Of a stretch of DNA of 64,000 nt, positions 8,970-19,004 are shown piece by piece. The stretch comes from a virus, in the IMG/VR virus record IMGVR_UViG_3300020171_000003, positions 16,533-80,532 of that record; one strand, given 5' to 3'. The notes beneath the pieces were generated by a model. The model was not told the origin of the DNA. It saw only the letters and a program-made list of their open reading frames with translations, and made no database searches. How positions within the stretch are numbered: the first letter of the stretch is position 1; the number at the start of each line of letters is the position of its first letter. Both the position numbers and the translations under genes were made by a program.

Positions 8970-10322
8970 CTATGCTGTTTTATGATAGGAACTGTCATAC
9001 CAATCCTGATTCTCCAATATAAGTCTTTGTCTTTCTTTTTCTTCTCTTTCCATATCTTGCTTGATAACTTCCGGATCTATTTTTTGTGTTGGTACTGCTT
9101 TACTCAATAGTCCACGCTTTTCACAGAAATCAGGGAAGACTCTTTTCCAGGTTCTTTCTGAACATAGATGGCCAGGAGAAGGTTTAACTGTATCAGGCAA
9201 GCTTTCTGCTATAGAAAGAAAATATAATTCTGCCATTTCATATAAATTACGAGTAGTTATGAATCTGTTTTGATTTTCATTATACCAACGATGGAATTGA
9301 TTTGAAGCTAAACGGAGTTTTTCTTCTTCTGTTGCAAGGAAGATATGATTTTTAGTCCATTGATTTTCTTTTATAAGTAATTCAGTAAGATAGGCTGTTA
9401 ATTTAGGATTAATATCTGTATAAAGTTTCTCAATCGGCTTTGGTTTATACTGTAAGTATCGAATGAATGGACATTTTAGTGAAGTAGCATTCCAATTCCA
9501 TAGAAAGGACAATAATGTATATTTAATGGGTTTTCTATCAGGAGAAGCACCGTGATCTATTTGCATTGCTAATTTATAATTATCTACTGACGTTTGGAAA
9601 TCTTCTAAAGACAATGTATATCCTGGCATTACATTTTTATTATCAAAGAATGAGCCGGAAATCATTGTACGCAATGTTTGAGTGATTTGATCAAATGTTT
9701 TTGAGACCCTTCTTGTTTTACTATAATGTTCTTCCCAATAATTTACATATGGAGCAATATCTTCTGGACAAGAATCTACTGTATTATTATTTAAATAATC
9801 ATCCCGGGATTCTTTTAGACAATGTGTTAATTTTGTTTCACAAGAAGGCTCGCTTTGCGTACTCTTTTCTTTAGAAAAGACTATGCAGTCTTTTAGATTT
9901 TGATTAAGTCTTTTTCTAGTATACGAGGGAGCAAGTTGCGAGGTGATTTCAGTTTTAGAAGTAGCAGGATGCGAGGTGATTTCTTCACAGTCTTCTAATA
10001 TCGGATGAGCTAAAATATAATATCTGTTTGTTACATGAAGTCTATGGTTAGATCCTTCTGCTTTTTCTTTCCATATAAAATCTTGTTCTTCTAATCTTTT
10101 AATGCATCGAATTACTTGATCGGTACTTAATCCTACTGTATCAGCAATTGTTATTTGTTTAGGCCAAGCTATACCTTTATCATTTGAAAAGTTGTAAAGA
10201 CAAGCCCAGACTAATTTATCACTACTGTTTAATTCTTTATAGGCTGATAAAGATTTAGGTAATCTAAGAAAATGACGCATTGTTTTTTTATTAATATTAG
10301 GATATTTGGGTTCTGTTTTCAT
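8970..10322 (-). CDS. Replication initiator-like protein with N-terminal HTH
   Basis: LNSSDKLVWACL...AWPKQITIADTVGLSTDQVIRCIKRLEEQDFI (HTH_36-like); upstream of the helicase. Confidence 0.7.
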   Translation of the reverse strand: MKTEPKYPNINKKTMRHFLRLPKSLSAYKELNSSDKLVWACLYNFSNDKGIAWPKQITIADTVGLSTDQVIRCIKRLEEQDFIWKEKAEGSNHRLHVTNRYYILAHPILEDCEEITSHPATSKTEITSQLAPSYTRKRLNQNLKDCIVFSKEKSTQSEPSCETKLTHCLKESRDDYLNNNTVDSCPEDIAPYVNYWEEHYSKTRRVSKTFDQITQTLRTMISGSFFDNKNVMPGYTLSLEDFQTSVDNYKLAMQIDHGASPDRKPIKYTLLSFLWNWNATSLKCPFIRYLQYKPKPIEKLYTDINPKLTAYLTELLIKENQWTKNHIFLATEEEKLRLASNQFHRWYNENQNRFITTRNLYEMAELYFLSIAESLPDTVKPSPGHLCSERTWKRVFPDFCEKRGLLSKAVPTQKIDPEVIKQDMEREEKERQRLILENQDWYDSSYHKTA

Positions 10323-10681
10323 TTTGTCCTTTCTATAGAGTTATTCGGGTCTATTCCGTCAGGCCATCCTCCTTTATAAATATCATGATCATAAAAGTCA
10401 AAATGGATTTTAGAATTATTTTCAAGACAGGGTTCGGTAGTAATAAATAATTTATCTTCTAAAACAGAAATACATTTGAGGATTGTTGTTACAGGAAGAC
10501 CAGAAAATTTACTAATTTCCTCTAAGGACAGATCTAAAGATTCTTGCAGGTAAAGGGCAACTAATACAAATTTTTCATCACTGGTTAAAATATTGGTTTG
10601 GAATAAAGCTTTGGGAAAATCGACACAAAACATAATATCATTTGGGGGAATAATTGGATATTTCGGACCTTGTTTTGCCAT
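10319..10681 (-). CDS. Winged-HTH protein related to the initiator N-terminus
   Basis: LTSDEKFVLVAL...LEEISKFSGLPVTTILKCISVLEDKLFI. Confidence 0.6.
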   Translation of the reverse strand: MAKQGPKYPIIPPNDIMFCVDFPKALFQTNILTSDEKFVLVALYLQESLDLSLEEISKFSGLPVTTILKCISVLEDKLFITTEPCLENNSKIHFDFYDHDIYKGGWPDGIDPNNSIERTK

Positions 10682-10758
10682 TTTTATCTCCTTTTTTATT
10701 TATTTGTTACTGTGACTATACTTTAAAAAATAAACTTTTGTCAAGATAAAAAAAGTTC

Positions 10759-10870
10759 TTGACAAACCAATTTAGTTTTTGTAATATGTAATCACATTTT
10801 GTTTCTTTTTATTTATTTGTTCCATTCATCCTAAGAGGGTCTGTGTCAAAGCAGGCCCTCTCCTCTTTTT
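10759..10870 (+). ncRNA. Putative small RNA: promoter plus intrinsic terminator, opposite to the replication operon
   Basis: TTGACA-17-TAATAT, then hairpin GAGGGTCTG/CAGGCCCTC (U-G pair only on + strand) and a T tract. Confidence 0.4.
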
Positions 10871-11804
10871 AATAGATTTTTCCAAATATCATTTTTCTTA
10901 AACTCTTTACATCTTCTAATGAAAGTTCACCTGGATCGCCTTCTGATAATAAAAGTAGTTCAACATCTGTTATAGCATTAATTTGGTGAAGTAGATTGGT
11001 AGCTGGAATTTCTGCATCTTTATCAAACAAAATAAAGACCTTTTTATGTTTTCTTATTAATGAAACTTGATAATCAGTAAATTTTGTTCCAAAAGTACAA
11101 ACAAATCCGTCTCCTGTATTCCATACATCACCAGGTCCTTCTGTAACAATTATTATTTCTTTTGCTGTATCATAATTATAAAGTAATTCTTTAATATCTT
11201 GGACACTATATTCTACCGGAGCATTTTTGTATGGTAATTTAGGATTTTTGTTTGTTGCCCTTGTTGTATAAGAAAGTATTTTACCTCTTTGTATAACTGG
11301 AATGTATAAACGATTTGACCAGTCTCTTTCACCAGGTCCTATACAATTCAATTTAAATTTATTATAGATATATTCTGCATCAAGATTTCTGGATTCTAAA
11401 TATCGTTTATGGATTGTTTGTAATTCTGAAATAAGCTTGAAGTCATGCTTCAAATTCCTCACAAGGACCGCATCTGTCCTGTCATAGTTCTTTAGATTTT
11501 CAAGTGAAAGAGTGTTTGCATACGTTTTCACTAGACTAATGATTTGGGAAAAAGATTTACGCTCAATTTTCATTATATACTTAGTGATACTTCCCTTGGC
11601 AGGACACCTCCAACAGTTAATTCCTTTTGAATATAGGTTTATTCCCAAATGCTGTGAGGGATCTCCATCAGGACAAAAAGGACAGTTAACACCAATCCAT
11701 CCCTCAGCAATATTCTTCTCACCCTCTTGTTGATAAAGAATATGTTTATCATCAAGGTATTTTTCTACATCAAATTTCTCTATGTCAAAAGGAGTGAGTT
11801 CCAT
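10869..11804 (-). CDS. dnaG: DNA primase (Zn finger + TOPRIM)
   Basis: CPFC...H...CWRC zinc finger; VTEGPGD and FDKD TOPRIM motifs. Confidence 0.88.
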   Translation of the reverse strand: MELTPFDIEKFDVEKYLDDKHILYQQEGEKNIAEGWIGVNCPFCPDGDPSQHLGINLYSKGINCWRCPAKGSITKYIMKIERKSFSQIISLVKTYANTLSLENLKNYDRTDAVLVRNLKHDFKLISELQTIHKRYLESRNLDAEYIYNKFKLNCIGPGERDWSNRLYIPVIQRGKILSYTTRATNKNPKLPYKNAPVEYSVQDIKELLYNYDTAKEIIIVTEGPGDVWNTGDGFVCTFGTKFTDYQVSLIRKHKKVFILFDKDAEIPATNLLHQINAITDVELLLLSEGDPGELSLEDVKSLRKMIFGKIY

Positions 11805-12169
11805 TAGATTTCAATTTTCAACAACATGTTTAAAATATTTCTGGCGGCTCTTTTAGTTTCCTCTTCCTCGCTTGCGTTCATCCATTTTCTAAAAAGATTT
11901 GTTGAACCGTGTTGACATCTAATCCTTTGATTTTTATCTCCAGGCCATAAGCATTCTTGGCAACCCGCTATATCTGCTTCATCATCTTCATTTCTTAGAT
12001 ATTCACAAAAAGGACATTTATAGTTATAGACATGTTTCCATAATTTACCTTCTACCCAAAGATCGTTTATTATCCATCCTTTACTAGAAGAACCCGTCTC
12101 AGCAAGTCTATCCCACAAAATACAGCATTCAGTTAACGCCAAAATCTTTGTTTCTTCATTGATTTTCAT
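11804..12169 (-). CDS. Cys-rich hypothetical protein
   Basis: CPFC and CQEC motifs; RBS. Confidence 0.6.
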   Translation of the reverse strand: MKINEETKILALTECCILWDRLAETGSSSKGWIINDLWVEGKLWKHVYNYKCPFCEYLRNEDDEADIAGCQECLWPGDKNQRIRCQHGSTNLFRKWMNASEEEETKRAARNILNMLLKIEI

Positions 12170-12181
12170 TTCATTTCTCCT

Positions 12182-13552
12182 TTACATCCATCCCATGTTA
12201 AAGTAAGTTGTTAAACGATTGCCAAAATGCTCCACAAAAAATCTATGTGAGTTATCAAAAAAGTCCACAACAGTAAAAGACTTCTTTGTTTCCGTGACTC
12301 TAAATCCTCTTCCTATAAACTGAATAGTTTGAATTTCACTCTTACCTCCAGCTGCATTTATAACAACATCAAGAGAAGGCATATCAACTCCTTCTTTCCA
12401 AATAACAGAAGATACCACACAAAGATTATCCTTATTTTGTAAACTGTCTTTGATTTCATCCCTAACTTTTTCAGTAGAAGAACCCCAGACAAAAGGACAA
12501 CCAATCATCCGACTTAAAATTTCTCCATGTTCAACTCTTGTAACAAGAATGAGAACTGATTCTTTTTTAGCCATAAACTCTTTGGTTACAGAAACAATTA
12601 AATTATTTCTGATTTCGTTATTCACAATTCCAGAATTGTAAATTTCTGCATACTTTCCAAATGAAGCACTTATTTTATGATCGTAAGGAACTTTATACAA
12701 TTTTATGTACGGTTTTGCTATAATACCTTTTTCTATAGCTTCTTTGTTGGTAAGTTCTCCTAATATCGGTCCTAATAGTCCTTCACAACTCAATTCTTTT
12801 TCTCTTTCAGAAGGCTTTGTAGCTGTGAAACCAATCTTCATAGGAGCATCTAATTGTAATAGCAACTTACCATATTCACTATTAACAGAATTTACATGGT
12901 GAGCCTCATCAATTATTATTACATCAAACCAGTCTTCAAGTTCCTTTAGATTTTGCTTTTCAAAAGTCTGTATAGTAGAAACAGTTAACCGATAATCTTT
13001 ACTAAAAGCAGAATCACCTCCACCAAGAACTTGAATTTTATCTTTAAAAAATGGAATTTCTTTTACAATCTTTTTACTCGTTTGTTTCACAATATCTATG
13101 GTATGAGCCAACAATAAAATATTGTAATATTTCATTGCACTTATTACCCCCATAGTTATGATAGTTTTGCCTGAACCAGTAGGACTAATTATGACTCCTT
13201 GTTTTTCTTCAAGACCTTTTCGTATCAACCGGATTTGGTCTTCCCGAGGCAATAGCGTTTCAAGTTCAACTTTCGTTTCTTCAAAGTCGCAGATCTCTTC
13301 CTCAAACTCGCAAGGGATTTTCTTTTCTATCAGATAAGAAAGGACTCTATTCATATTACCGGATAAGATATATTTATTATTAGCATCTCCTGGGAACATA
13401 AAAGGTATTTCGGAAACTCTTTTCTCTTTTCGGAACGGTCCTTTAACCCAGAAGGCTTTTTGATACATCAAAACCGGTGCAACTAAAACAGAGTCTTTTC
13501 TGTCCACTGAGTAGTAGTTATTGTTTACTTTTTTAAATTTTATGGTTCTCAT
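12182..13552 (-). CDS. Superfamily 2 DEAH helicase (UvsW/XPB-like)
   Basis: SPTGSGKT, IIIDEAHH, GFTAT, EGVDMP, QFIGRGFR. Confidence 0.92.
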   Translation of the reverse strand: MRTIKFKKVNNNYYSVDRKDSVLVAPVLMYQKAFWVKGPFRKEKRVSEIPFMFPGDANNKYILSGNMNRVLSYLIEKKIPCEFEEEICDFEETKVELETLLPREDQIRLIRKGLEEKQGVIISPTGSGKTIITMGVISAMKYYNILLLAHTIDIVKQTSKKIVKEIPFFKDKIQVLGGGDSAFSKDYRLTVSTIQTFEKQNLKELEDWFDVIIIDEAHHVNSVNSEYGKLLLQLDAPMKIGFTATKPSEREKELSCEGLLGPILGELTNKEAIEKGIIAKPYIKLYKVPYDHKISASFGKYAEIYNSGIVNNEIRNNLIVSVTKEFMAKKESVLILVTRVEHGEILSRMIGCPFVWGSSTEKVRDEIKDSLQNKDNLCVVSSVIWKEGVDMPSLDVVINAAGGKSEIQTIQFIGRGFRVTETKKSFTVVDFFDNSHRFFVEHFGNRLTTYFNMGWM

Positions 13553-13872
13553 GCTCTCCTTTTTAATTGGGATTTAACTATAATCCCATTGGTAGATCGT
13601 CTTCTTGCGGATTGAATTAAATCCTTTCCTTGTTTACATTTACATTGTCCTTTATTCTGTCTATGCAAGCAAACAGAAACATCTAACCAAGCATTGTCTG
13701 TATTGCACCAGAAGTTTTTTGATACACTAAACATGTCACAAATAGAATTATCACCGGTAATATACTTTGTTTTTATATCACAAAATCTTTCCGAATAAAC
13801 CGTTTTATCATTTTGTTTTACCAACTTTCTATCTACTGCTTTTTGAAAGGCAGTACAATATTGGCATTTCAT
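13549..13872 (-). CDS. Cys-rich hypothetical protein
   Basis: AGGAGG RBS; eight Cys. Confidence 0.6.
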   Translation of the reverse strand: MKCQYCTAFQKAVDRKLVKQNDKTVYSERFCDIKTKYITGDNSICDMFSVSKNFWCNTDNAWLDVSVCLHRQNKGQCKCKQGKDLIQSARRRSTNGIIVKSQLKRRA

Positions 13873-14039
13873 TGATAAGACCTCCTTACTAAAACCTCAA
13901 TGAATTTTGACATGCTTCGATTATCCAATTTTGATTCTTTTCTAATAATTTGGGCAACTTCTTTGGTAAGATAAAATGTAAGTCGCTCCGTTGTTTCTTG
14001 ATAACCAGGCTTCTTTATTACAATATTGTTTTTCAGCAT
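13869..14039 (-). CDS. Small ribbon-helix-helix-like regulator (not in ORF track)
   Basis: Hand translation MLKNNIVIKKPGYQETTERLTFYLTKEVAQIIRKESKLDNRSMSKFIEVLVRRSYQ; AAGGAG RBS; first gene after a promoter. Confidence 0.65.
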   Translation of the reverse strand: MLKNNIVIKKPGYQETTERLTFYLTKEVAQIIRKESKLDNRSMSKFIEVLVRRSYQ

Positions 14040-14082
14040 ATTTTTCTCCTTTAGTTAGTTTGTTTTTTTTTCTATCATATTG

Positions 14083-14121
14083 ATACTACACGATAATCAT
14101 AGGTTTGTCAACAGTTATTTT
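14083..14121 (-). promoter_or_regulatory. sigma70-like promoter of the AAAATAACTG-TTGACA family
   Basis: TTGACA-17-TAGTAT; same 16-mer at 16715, 18989 and 20619. Confidence 0.75.
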
Positions 14122-14160
14122 CAGTCTATAGAATTTCTATAAAAATCAGATATTTCCTAT

Positions 14161-14197
14161 TAAAACCGACTCTCTACAATCGAGGAGAATCGACGGT
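14161..14197. repeat. 37-bp direct repeat, copy 1
   Basis: TAAAACCGACTCTCTACAATCGAGGAGAATCGACGGT, identical at 22035-22071. Confidence 0.9.
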
Positions 14198-14249
14198 AAG
14201 CACTTGACGCATATCAAGACATGCATGTTTTTCTGACCGTGCTTTTTCA

Positions 14250-15022
14250 TTAATCATTCTCCTGTTCGTATAAATCATATAATATTTGAATTTCTTCGGA
14301 ATTTTTTTTAATAAACTCCCTGGCTTCTTTTTCTGTGTTACATCGTTTTTTTAGTTCTATCCATCTAAAAGGAGCAGGTTCTTCTTTTGTTATTTCTTTT
14401 TTAATTTGAAAGTGGATACGGTATCTTTCTTCCCATAATCCTTTCCTTGATTCTCCTATAAAACCTACTACTTTCTTATTCCTTTTAATATCTGTGTGAT
14501 CTAATTCAAAGGATCTATATCTTCCTTCCGGTATATGTTTTTTAAAAGTAAAATTCTTCATTAATCCTCCTTCTCTATCCAACCATCTTTAATTAGTAAC
14601 TCCTCTACTTTATCAAAAGCTTTATCACCATAGATATGACAAGGACACTCAAAGAGTTTTAATTCAGGAAATAAAATACCACAAAATTCTTCACAAGGCA
14701 GTCCTAAATCATCCGGACAACAGTTTTCCATATCCTTTTTTATTGTTTTTATTAAAATGAATATAAAAAGTAGCAAACAATTCCTTTTTTTCTTCACTTA
14801 ATCCGTTCCAGTTTGTTTTCATAATCATTCTCCTACCAATTCTTTATACTCTGTTTTAGATAAACTTTTATCTATAGCCATATTTATTTCAATTAATTCT
14901 TCTTCTATTGAATCTGGACCTTCTTCTGAAGTAGAAAAACAAAAGGAACAACCGTAATATTTTTTAGAATGAATATATCTTGTTTCACATTCACAATCCC
15001 AAAAATTAGGATTTGTAATCAT
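14250..15022 (-). CDS. Three small hypothetical genes (14250-14582, 14561-14797, 14825-15022)
   Basis: Packed ORFs, mostly with RBS; no recognisable domains. Confidence 0.5.
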
Positions 15023-15030
15023 AATTCCTC

Positions 15031-15489
15031 CTATTTTCCTAAGTAGATAACAGTTTCTTCTTGTTTTCCAAAGTTTTTAGCATAAACATGATCACCAGTA
15101 TAAATATCAATTGCCTTTTTAAATCTAGAGTTCATCAAGTCATTAACTCTCCGAACACCTACTCCTTTAATATAAACTCTACCGCCGAGCCAATGCATTA
15201 GATCTTCACTAACTGCACAAGTCCATCCTGATACAGGTTTCTCCATGATAGCAGTATTATCAGGATCATTGTTTGTTTCAGCTATACGGTTAGTATAAGC
15301 TGTTACTTTACATTGCTCTTTAATGGTATTTTTATTAATACCTTGTAAAATAACTGTTTGTTCCGGTTGTCTATTTTCTAAATAGATTATTCTATCTTCC
15401 AATTTATTAATTTTTGTATTCAAAATTCCTGTGATTATTGTTACATATATGGTTAATATCAAAATTGTAAAAACAGTAACCTCTTTCAT
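15031..15489 (-). CDS. Membrane-anchored 3D-domain (cell-wall-related) protein
   Basis: N-terminal TM; VTAY, AVSED, RRVNDLM, IDIY motifs. Confidence 0.75.
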   Translation of the reverse strand: MKEVTVFTILILTIYVTIITGILNTKINKLEDRIIYLENRQPEQTVILQGINKNTIKEQCKVTAYTNRIAETNNDPDNTAIMEKPVSGWTCAVSEDLMHWLGGRVYIKGVGVRRVNDLMNSRFKKAIDIYTGDHVYAKNFGKQEETVIYLGK

Positions 15490-15510
15490 TTCGGTATTCC
15501 TCCTTTATGA

Positions 15511-15534
15511 GAAAAGGACCCGAAGGCCCCTTTC
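15511..15534 (-). terminator. Intrinsic terminator with C(UUCG)G loop
   Basis: Minus strand AAAGGGGCC-TTCG-GGTCCTTTT. Confidence 0.75.
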
Positions 15535-15538
15535 CTGA

Positions 15539-16393
15539 TTAAGCTGCCATTTTATGAAAAATATTACTGACTTCTTTTCCTTTTTCAATCTTCACTAATT
15601 CACTTTCTACTTCATGGCTCAGGAACTGTGTGTGAATATTGTAGAACTTCCAATAATTTACCTTATTGTTTTCAATCCATTGTGATAAAGTTTCACCTGT
15701 TCCTGTCTCCGGCAAACTCAAAATCTTTTCTTTGTGTTTCTCACCGAAAGGTAATGCTTCCATCATTTCAAATGTTCTTTTTCTGTCAATGTTTAAGTTC
15801 GTCCATTTCTTCCATTCTGTTAATTGATCTCCCATCATAGATGCTCCAGTTAACAGAGCGTCTTTCTGTTTGTCTAAATCTAAAGTTTGAACATGCCTAT
15901 GGGACATATATTTTTCAATAACACCAGAAGTCATTCCGTTTGTGCATACTAATCTTAATGCACCGAAGAAAGGAGTATGTTCCCAACCCATATCATACGA
16001 GGATTGAAAACCCAAAGAAGTGATTATATCATCTCCTTTTTTTACAGGCTTTTTATCTGTCTTGAACTCTGACCAAGTCCTTAAACGTGAACCATTTTTT
16101 AATAAAGAAATGTGAACTTCATAAGGACCGTTTTTCTGTTCAACTTCATCCGAAGCTTCGATAAGCTTTTTAACTGTGATTTCAAAAGGAGTAAGACTGT
16201 AGGAATCAGTACAGATTGCACTAACGAATGGATTAGAACCTTCAAACTCAATAACTATTGCTTTCTTGTCTGGAATTTGAAACACTTCTCTTCTTCCAAA
16301 TTGTAAGGGTTGAATAGAAACATTAGGGAATTTTACATCTGGAAATCTTTCCCTGATCTCTGTCTGAATATCTTGAATTTCATTGTGTTCCAT
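15539..16393 (-). CDS. DUF932/DUF945-like protein
   Basis: SSYDMG...GALRLVCTNGM motif. Confidence 0.7.
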   Translation of the reverse strand: MEHNEIQDIQTEIRERFPDVKFPNVSIQPLQFGRREVFQIPDKKAIVIEFEGSNPFVSAICTDSYSLTPFEITVKKLIEASDEVEQKNGPYEVHISLLKNGSRLRTWSEFKTDKKPVKKGDDIITSLGFQSSYDMGWEHTPFFGALRLVCTNGMTSGVIEKYMSHRHVQTLDLDKQKDALLTGASMMGDQLTEWKKWTNLNIDRKRTFEMMEALPFGEKHKEKILSLPETGTGETLSQWIENNKVNYWKFYNIHTQFLSHEVESELVKIEKGKEVSNIFHKMAA

Positions 16394-16410
16394 TTTCTTT
16401 CTCCTTTTGT

Positions 16411-18192
16411 TTATCTTTCTATTTTTATATTTTTAACAGGTGTTCCTATTGGGTCACCATCAAAGTCTCTTCCAAAGTAAGTTAAATCTTTTTCAGATAT
16501 AGAATCAAGAACTTCCTTTGGAGAAACATTGCTATTAAATAAAATATCAGTTGAACCGTAAAAGTTTTGATTTTTATCTACAAACACCGGTCTATTCCAA
16601 TAATCAATCCCATAAAATTTAACTGTTATTTTTTCCCCTGTCATGTTCTTTCTCCTTTTTTTAAAGTTCGTGTTAAAATCAATTAAATAGATAATAACAC
16701 GAACCTCATATATCTGTCAACAGTTATTTTAAAGACCCTTAAGATTATTTATTATACTGTCAAAAAATTCTATTAATTCCTCTTTATCACCGTTCATTTC
16801 AATAATCTTCCTTGGATTTGCTCTTGACGGGTCAATTTGAACAAAAGCTATTTTTGGATCTATGCTTGAAACATCAAGAAATCCTCCCTTAGTATTCCGA
16901 TCAATAAACCATTCTTCCTTATTGATTCTTATCTGAATCATTCTATTGCCTCCGTTCCTTTAAATCTATTGTGAAAATAGCATTTTCCATTAATTATTCT
17001 TGTTCTGAAAAAGTGTCCAATATAAGTTCCTTCCTTATACTTTCTATTATCCGGAAAATCATTTTTATGAAAAGTCTGTTTTTTGGCTTTCAATCTGTCT
17101 TCTCTTTCCGTTTCTGCTCTTTGATAGCATCCCATATGAGTGCATGTTCCCATAATAGTTCTCCTTTTGTTTATTCTGCCATTTCTAAGATTTTACCTGT
17201 AGCAAGGTCTTCAACTTCCCACCAAGTAATTGACGTACTTCTTCTTACATTACCTGTTTTTACCAATCCTTTAGGGTATGCTACTTTTGATAGATCAGTA
17301 ATCTTTTTTCCTTTTTCCTTTTCGTCAAATTCTGTTTTCATACTTTCTCCTTTTCAATTTTATTAGAAGTTATTTTTATTTTAACCACACTACCTAAGTA
17401 CTCAAAAGATATTTCTCCTTTAGAAGCTTCAACAAATTGCTCCTCTATGTCTTTAATTAAAATTTGAGGAAACAATTTGTTTTTTAATAGCGTATCATAA
17501 ATCCTATTTGTTATTTCTTTATTATCCACTTCTTTCATAACTCCTCCTATGTATCGTCTTCGCTTATATATTGATTGATGAAATCCCAATGGGCATCCAT
17601 GGCTGCGGATATAGATTTCTTGGCTAAAACAATTTTCTCTTTATGTGGGCAATTACGGAATGAGGTTATAGAGTTCATTACCTCATGCGCTGCTTTTAAT
17701 TGGCCCAACATCTCAATATAGTGTAACTCAGATTCTTTTATCATGGCTTATCCTTTAGTAAGTGTGTTTCGTAATAAGCAAGTCCATCCATTAATCCTCT
17801 TAAATATGAACTGAACTCCGGTCCTGAAATGTGAGATTCATGAGGCAGAGTTCTTATCAATTGACCTTTTTCATCAAGGATTTCAATTTGATACCTTTTT
17901 TGATCTCCAGGATTATAAGAGTCAAGAACAATTTCTCCTTCCTTAATATAGATTTTTAGTATTTTAACCCTTTGCAGAAAATTTGCTGCTGTGTTTCTCA
18001 TATCTCCTCCACTATTGTAAAAAGGACGTTTAAAGTATTAGTAAATTTCCAGATAAAAGAATCTTTTTCTCCATTCGGATTTATACAATGGAGTATATCT
18101 GGAAATTTACTATTAAATCCGGTAACAGTATAATATTCTTTTTCTTCTTTGAATTTTAGTTTTTCACCAATTTTAGGTTTTCTTGTTAACAT
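16411..18192 (-). CDS. Run of small early hypothetical genes (16411, 16729, 16938, 17171-17341, 17338, 17547, 17741, 17998)
   Basis: Head-to-tail ORFs of 56-86 aa, most with GGAG RBS. Confidence 0.5.
16646..16730 (-). repeat. 85-bp promoter+RBS cassette, copy 1
   Basis: Identical to 18920-19004; TTGACA-18-TATTAT, internal 10-bp inverted repeat, AAGGAG RBS. Confidence 0.92.
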
Positions 18193-18201
18193 TATTCCTC
18201 C

Positions 18202-18918
18202 TTACCCAAGTTGTGCTGACTGTCTATTGTTGTTTGAAATCGGACGAGAAATATTTATATCATGTCCGTCCTTTGTTCCTTTCTGATAAGCATTCCAATT
18301 TTTTGCATGTGCGTTTAAATTTTTTAGTCTAAGATTCGGAAACATTTGATTCATTTTTAGATCCACAGCTCCTTTTTTAGTTACTACTAAAGCTGTGCAA
18401 GTAGAATCCATCATTTGTTGTTTCTTTTTATACATTTCTTCTAACCGTTCTTTCAATGTATCAACAATTCCATAACAGTAACTATCCTGATCCTTTTTCT
18501 TAGAAAAAGTTGTTCTTGCCATTCCCCATGTGTGTCTTCTTAAAAATTTATGAAAGTAAACACATAATTCCACATCGTTCTTATGACCGATAAAACAAAT
18601 CTGCCATTGTTTTGTATATCCTTCATATCTTGAGGTCATAATAATTTGGGAATCAAAAGCATTTGAAATTGCCAATCCTAATAAATCTTCCCATGTTCTT
18701 CTTGTTTCTCCAATTCCGTCAATAGTGATGCTTTCAATTTCACTATTTATGGATTTACCTGACGCTTCTCTGATTTCAGCAATAGAGATTTCATACTTTG
18801 CCATCAACTCTCCTGCCTTATCCATTGCTAATTTAGCTTCTGCTTCGACTGGACTTGCTGATAAAGCGATTAGCTTTTGGATCTTATCAATGATTTTGTC
18901 AAGTTCTAATTGGGTCAT
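18202..18918 (-). CDS. DUF2786-family protein
   Basis: KIQKLIALSASPVEAEAKLAMDKAGELMAKY N-terminus. Confidence 0.8.
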   Translation of the reverse strand: MTQLELDKIIDKIQKLIALSASPVEAEAKLAMDKAGELMAKYEISIAEIREASGKSINSEIESITIDGIGETRRTWEDLLGLAISNAFDSQIIMTSRYEGYTKQWQICFIGHKNDVELCVYFHKFLRRHTWGMARTTFSKKKDQDSYCYGIVDTLKERLEEMYKKKQQMMDSTCTALVVTKKGAVDLKMNQMFPNLRLKNLNAHAKNWNAYQKGTKDGHDINISRPISNNNRQSAQLG

Positions 18919-18919
18919 T

Positions 18920-19004
18920 TTCTTTCTCCTTTTTTTAAAGTTCGTGTTAAAATCAATTAAATAGATAATAACACGAACCTCATATATCTGTCAACAGTTA
19001 TTTT
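18920..19004 (-). repeat. 85-bp promoter+RBS cassette, copy 2
   Basis: Identical to 16646-16730. Confidence 0.92.
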
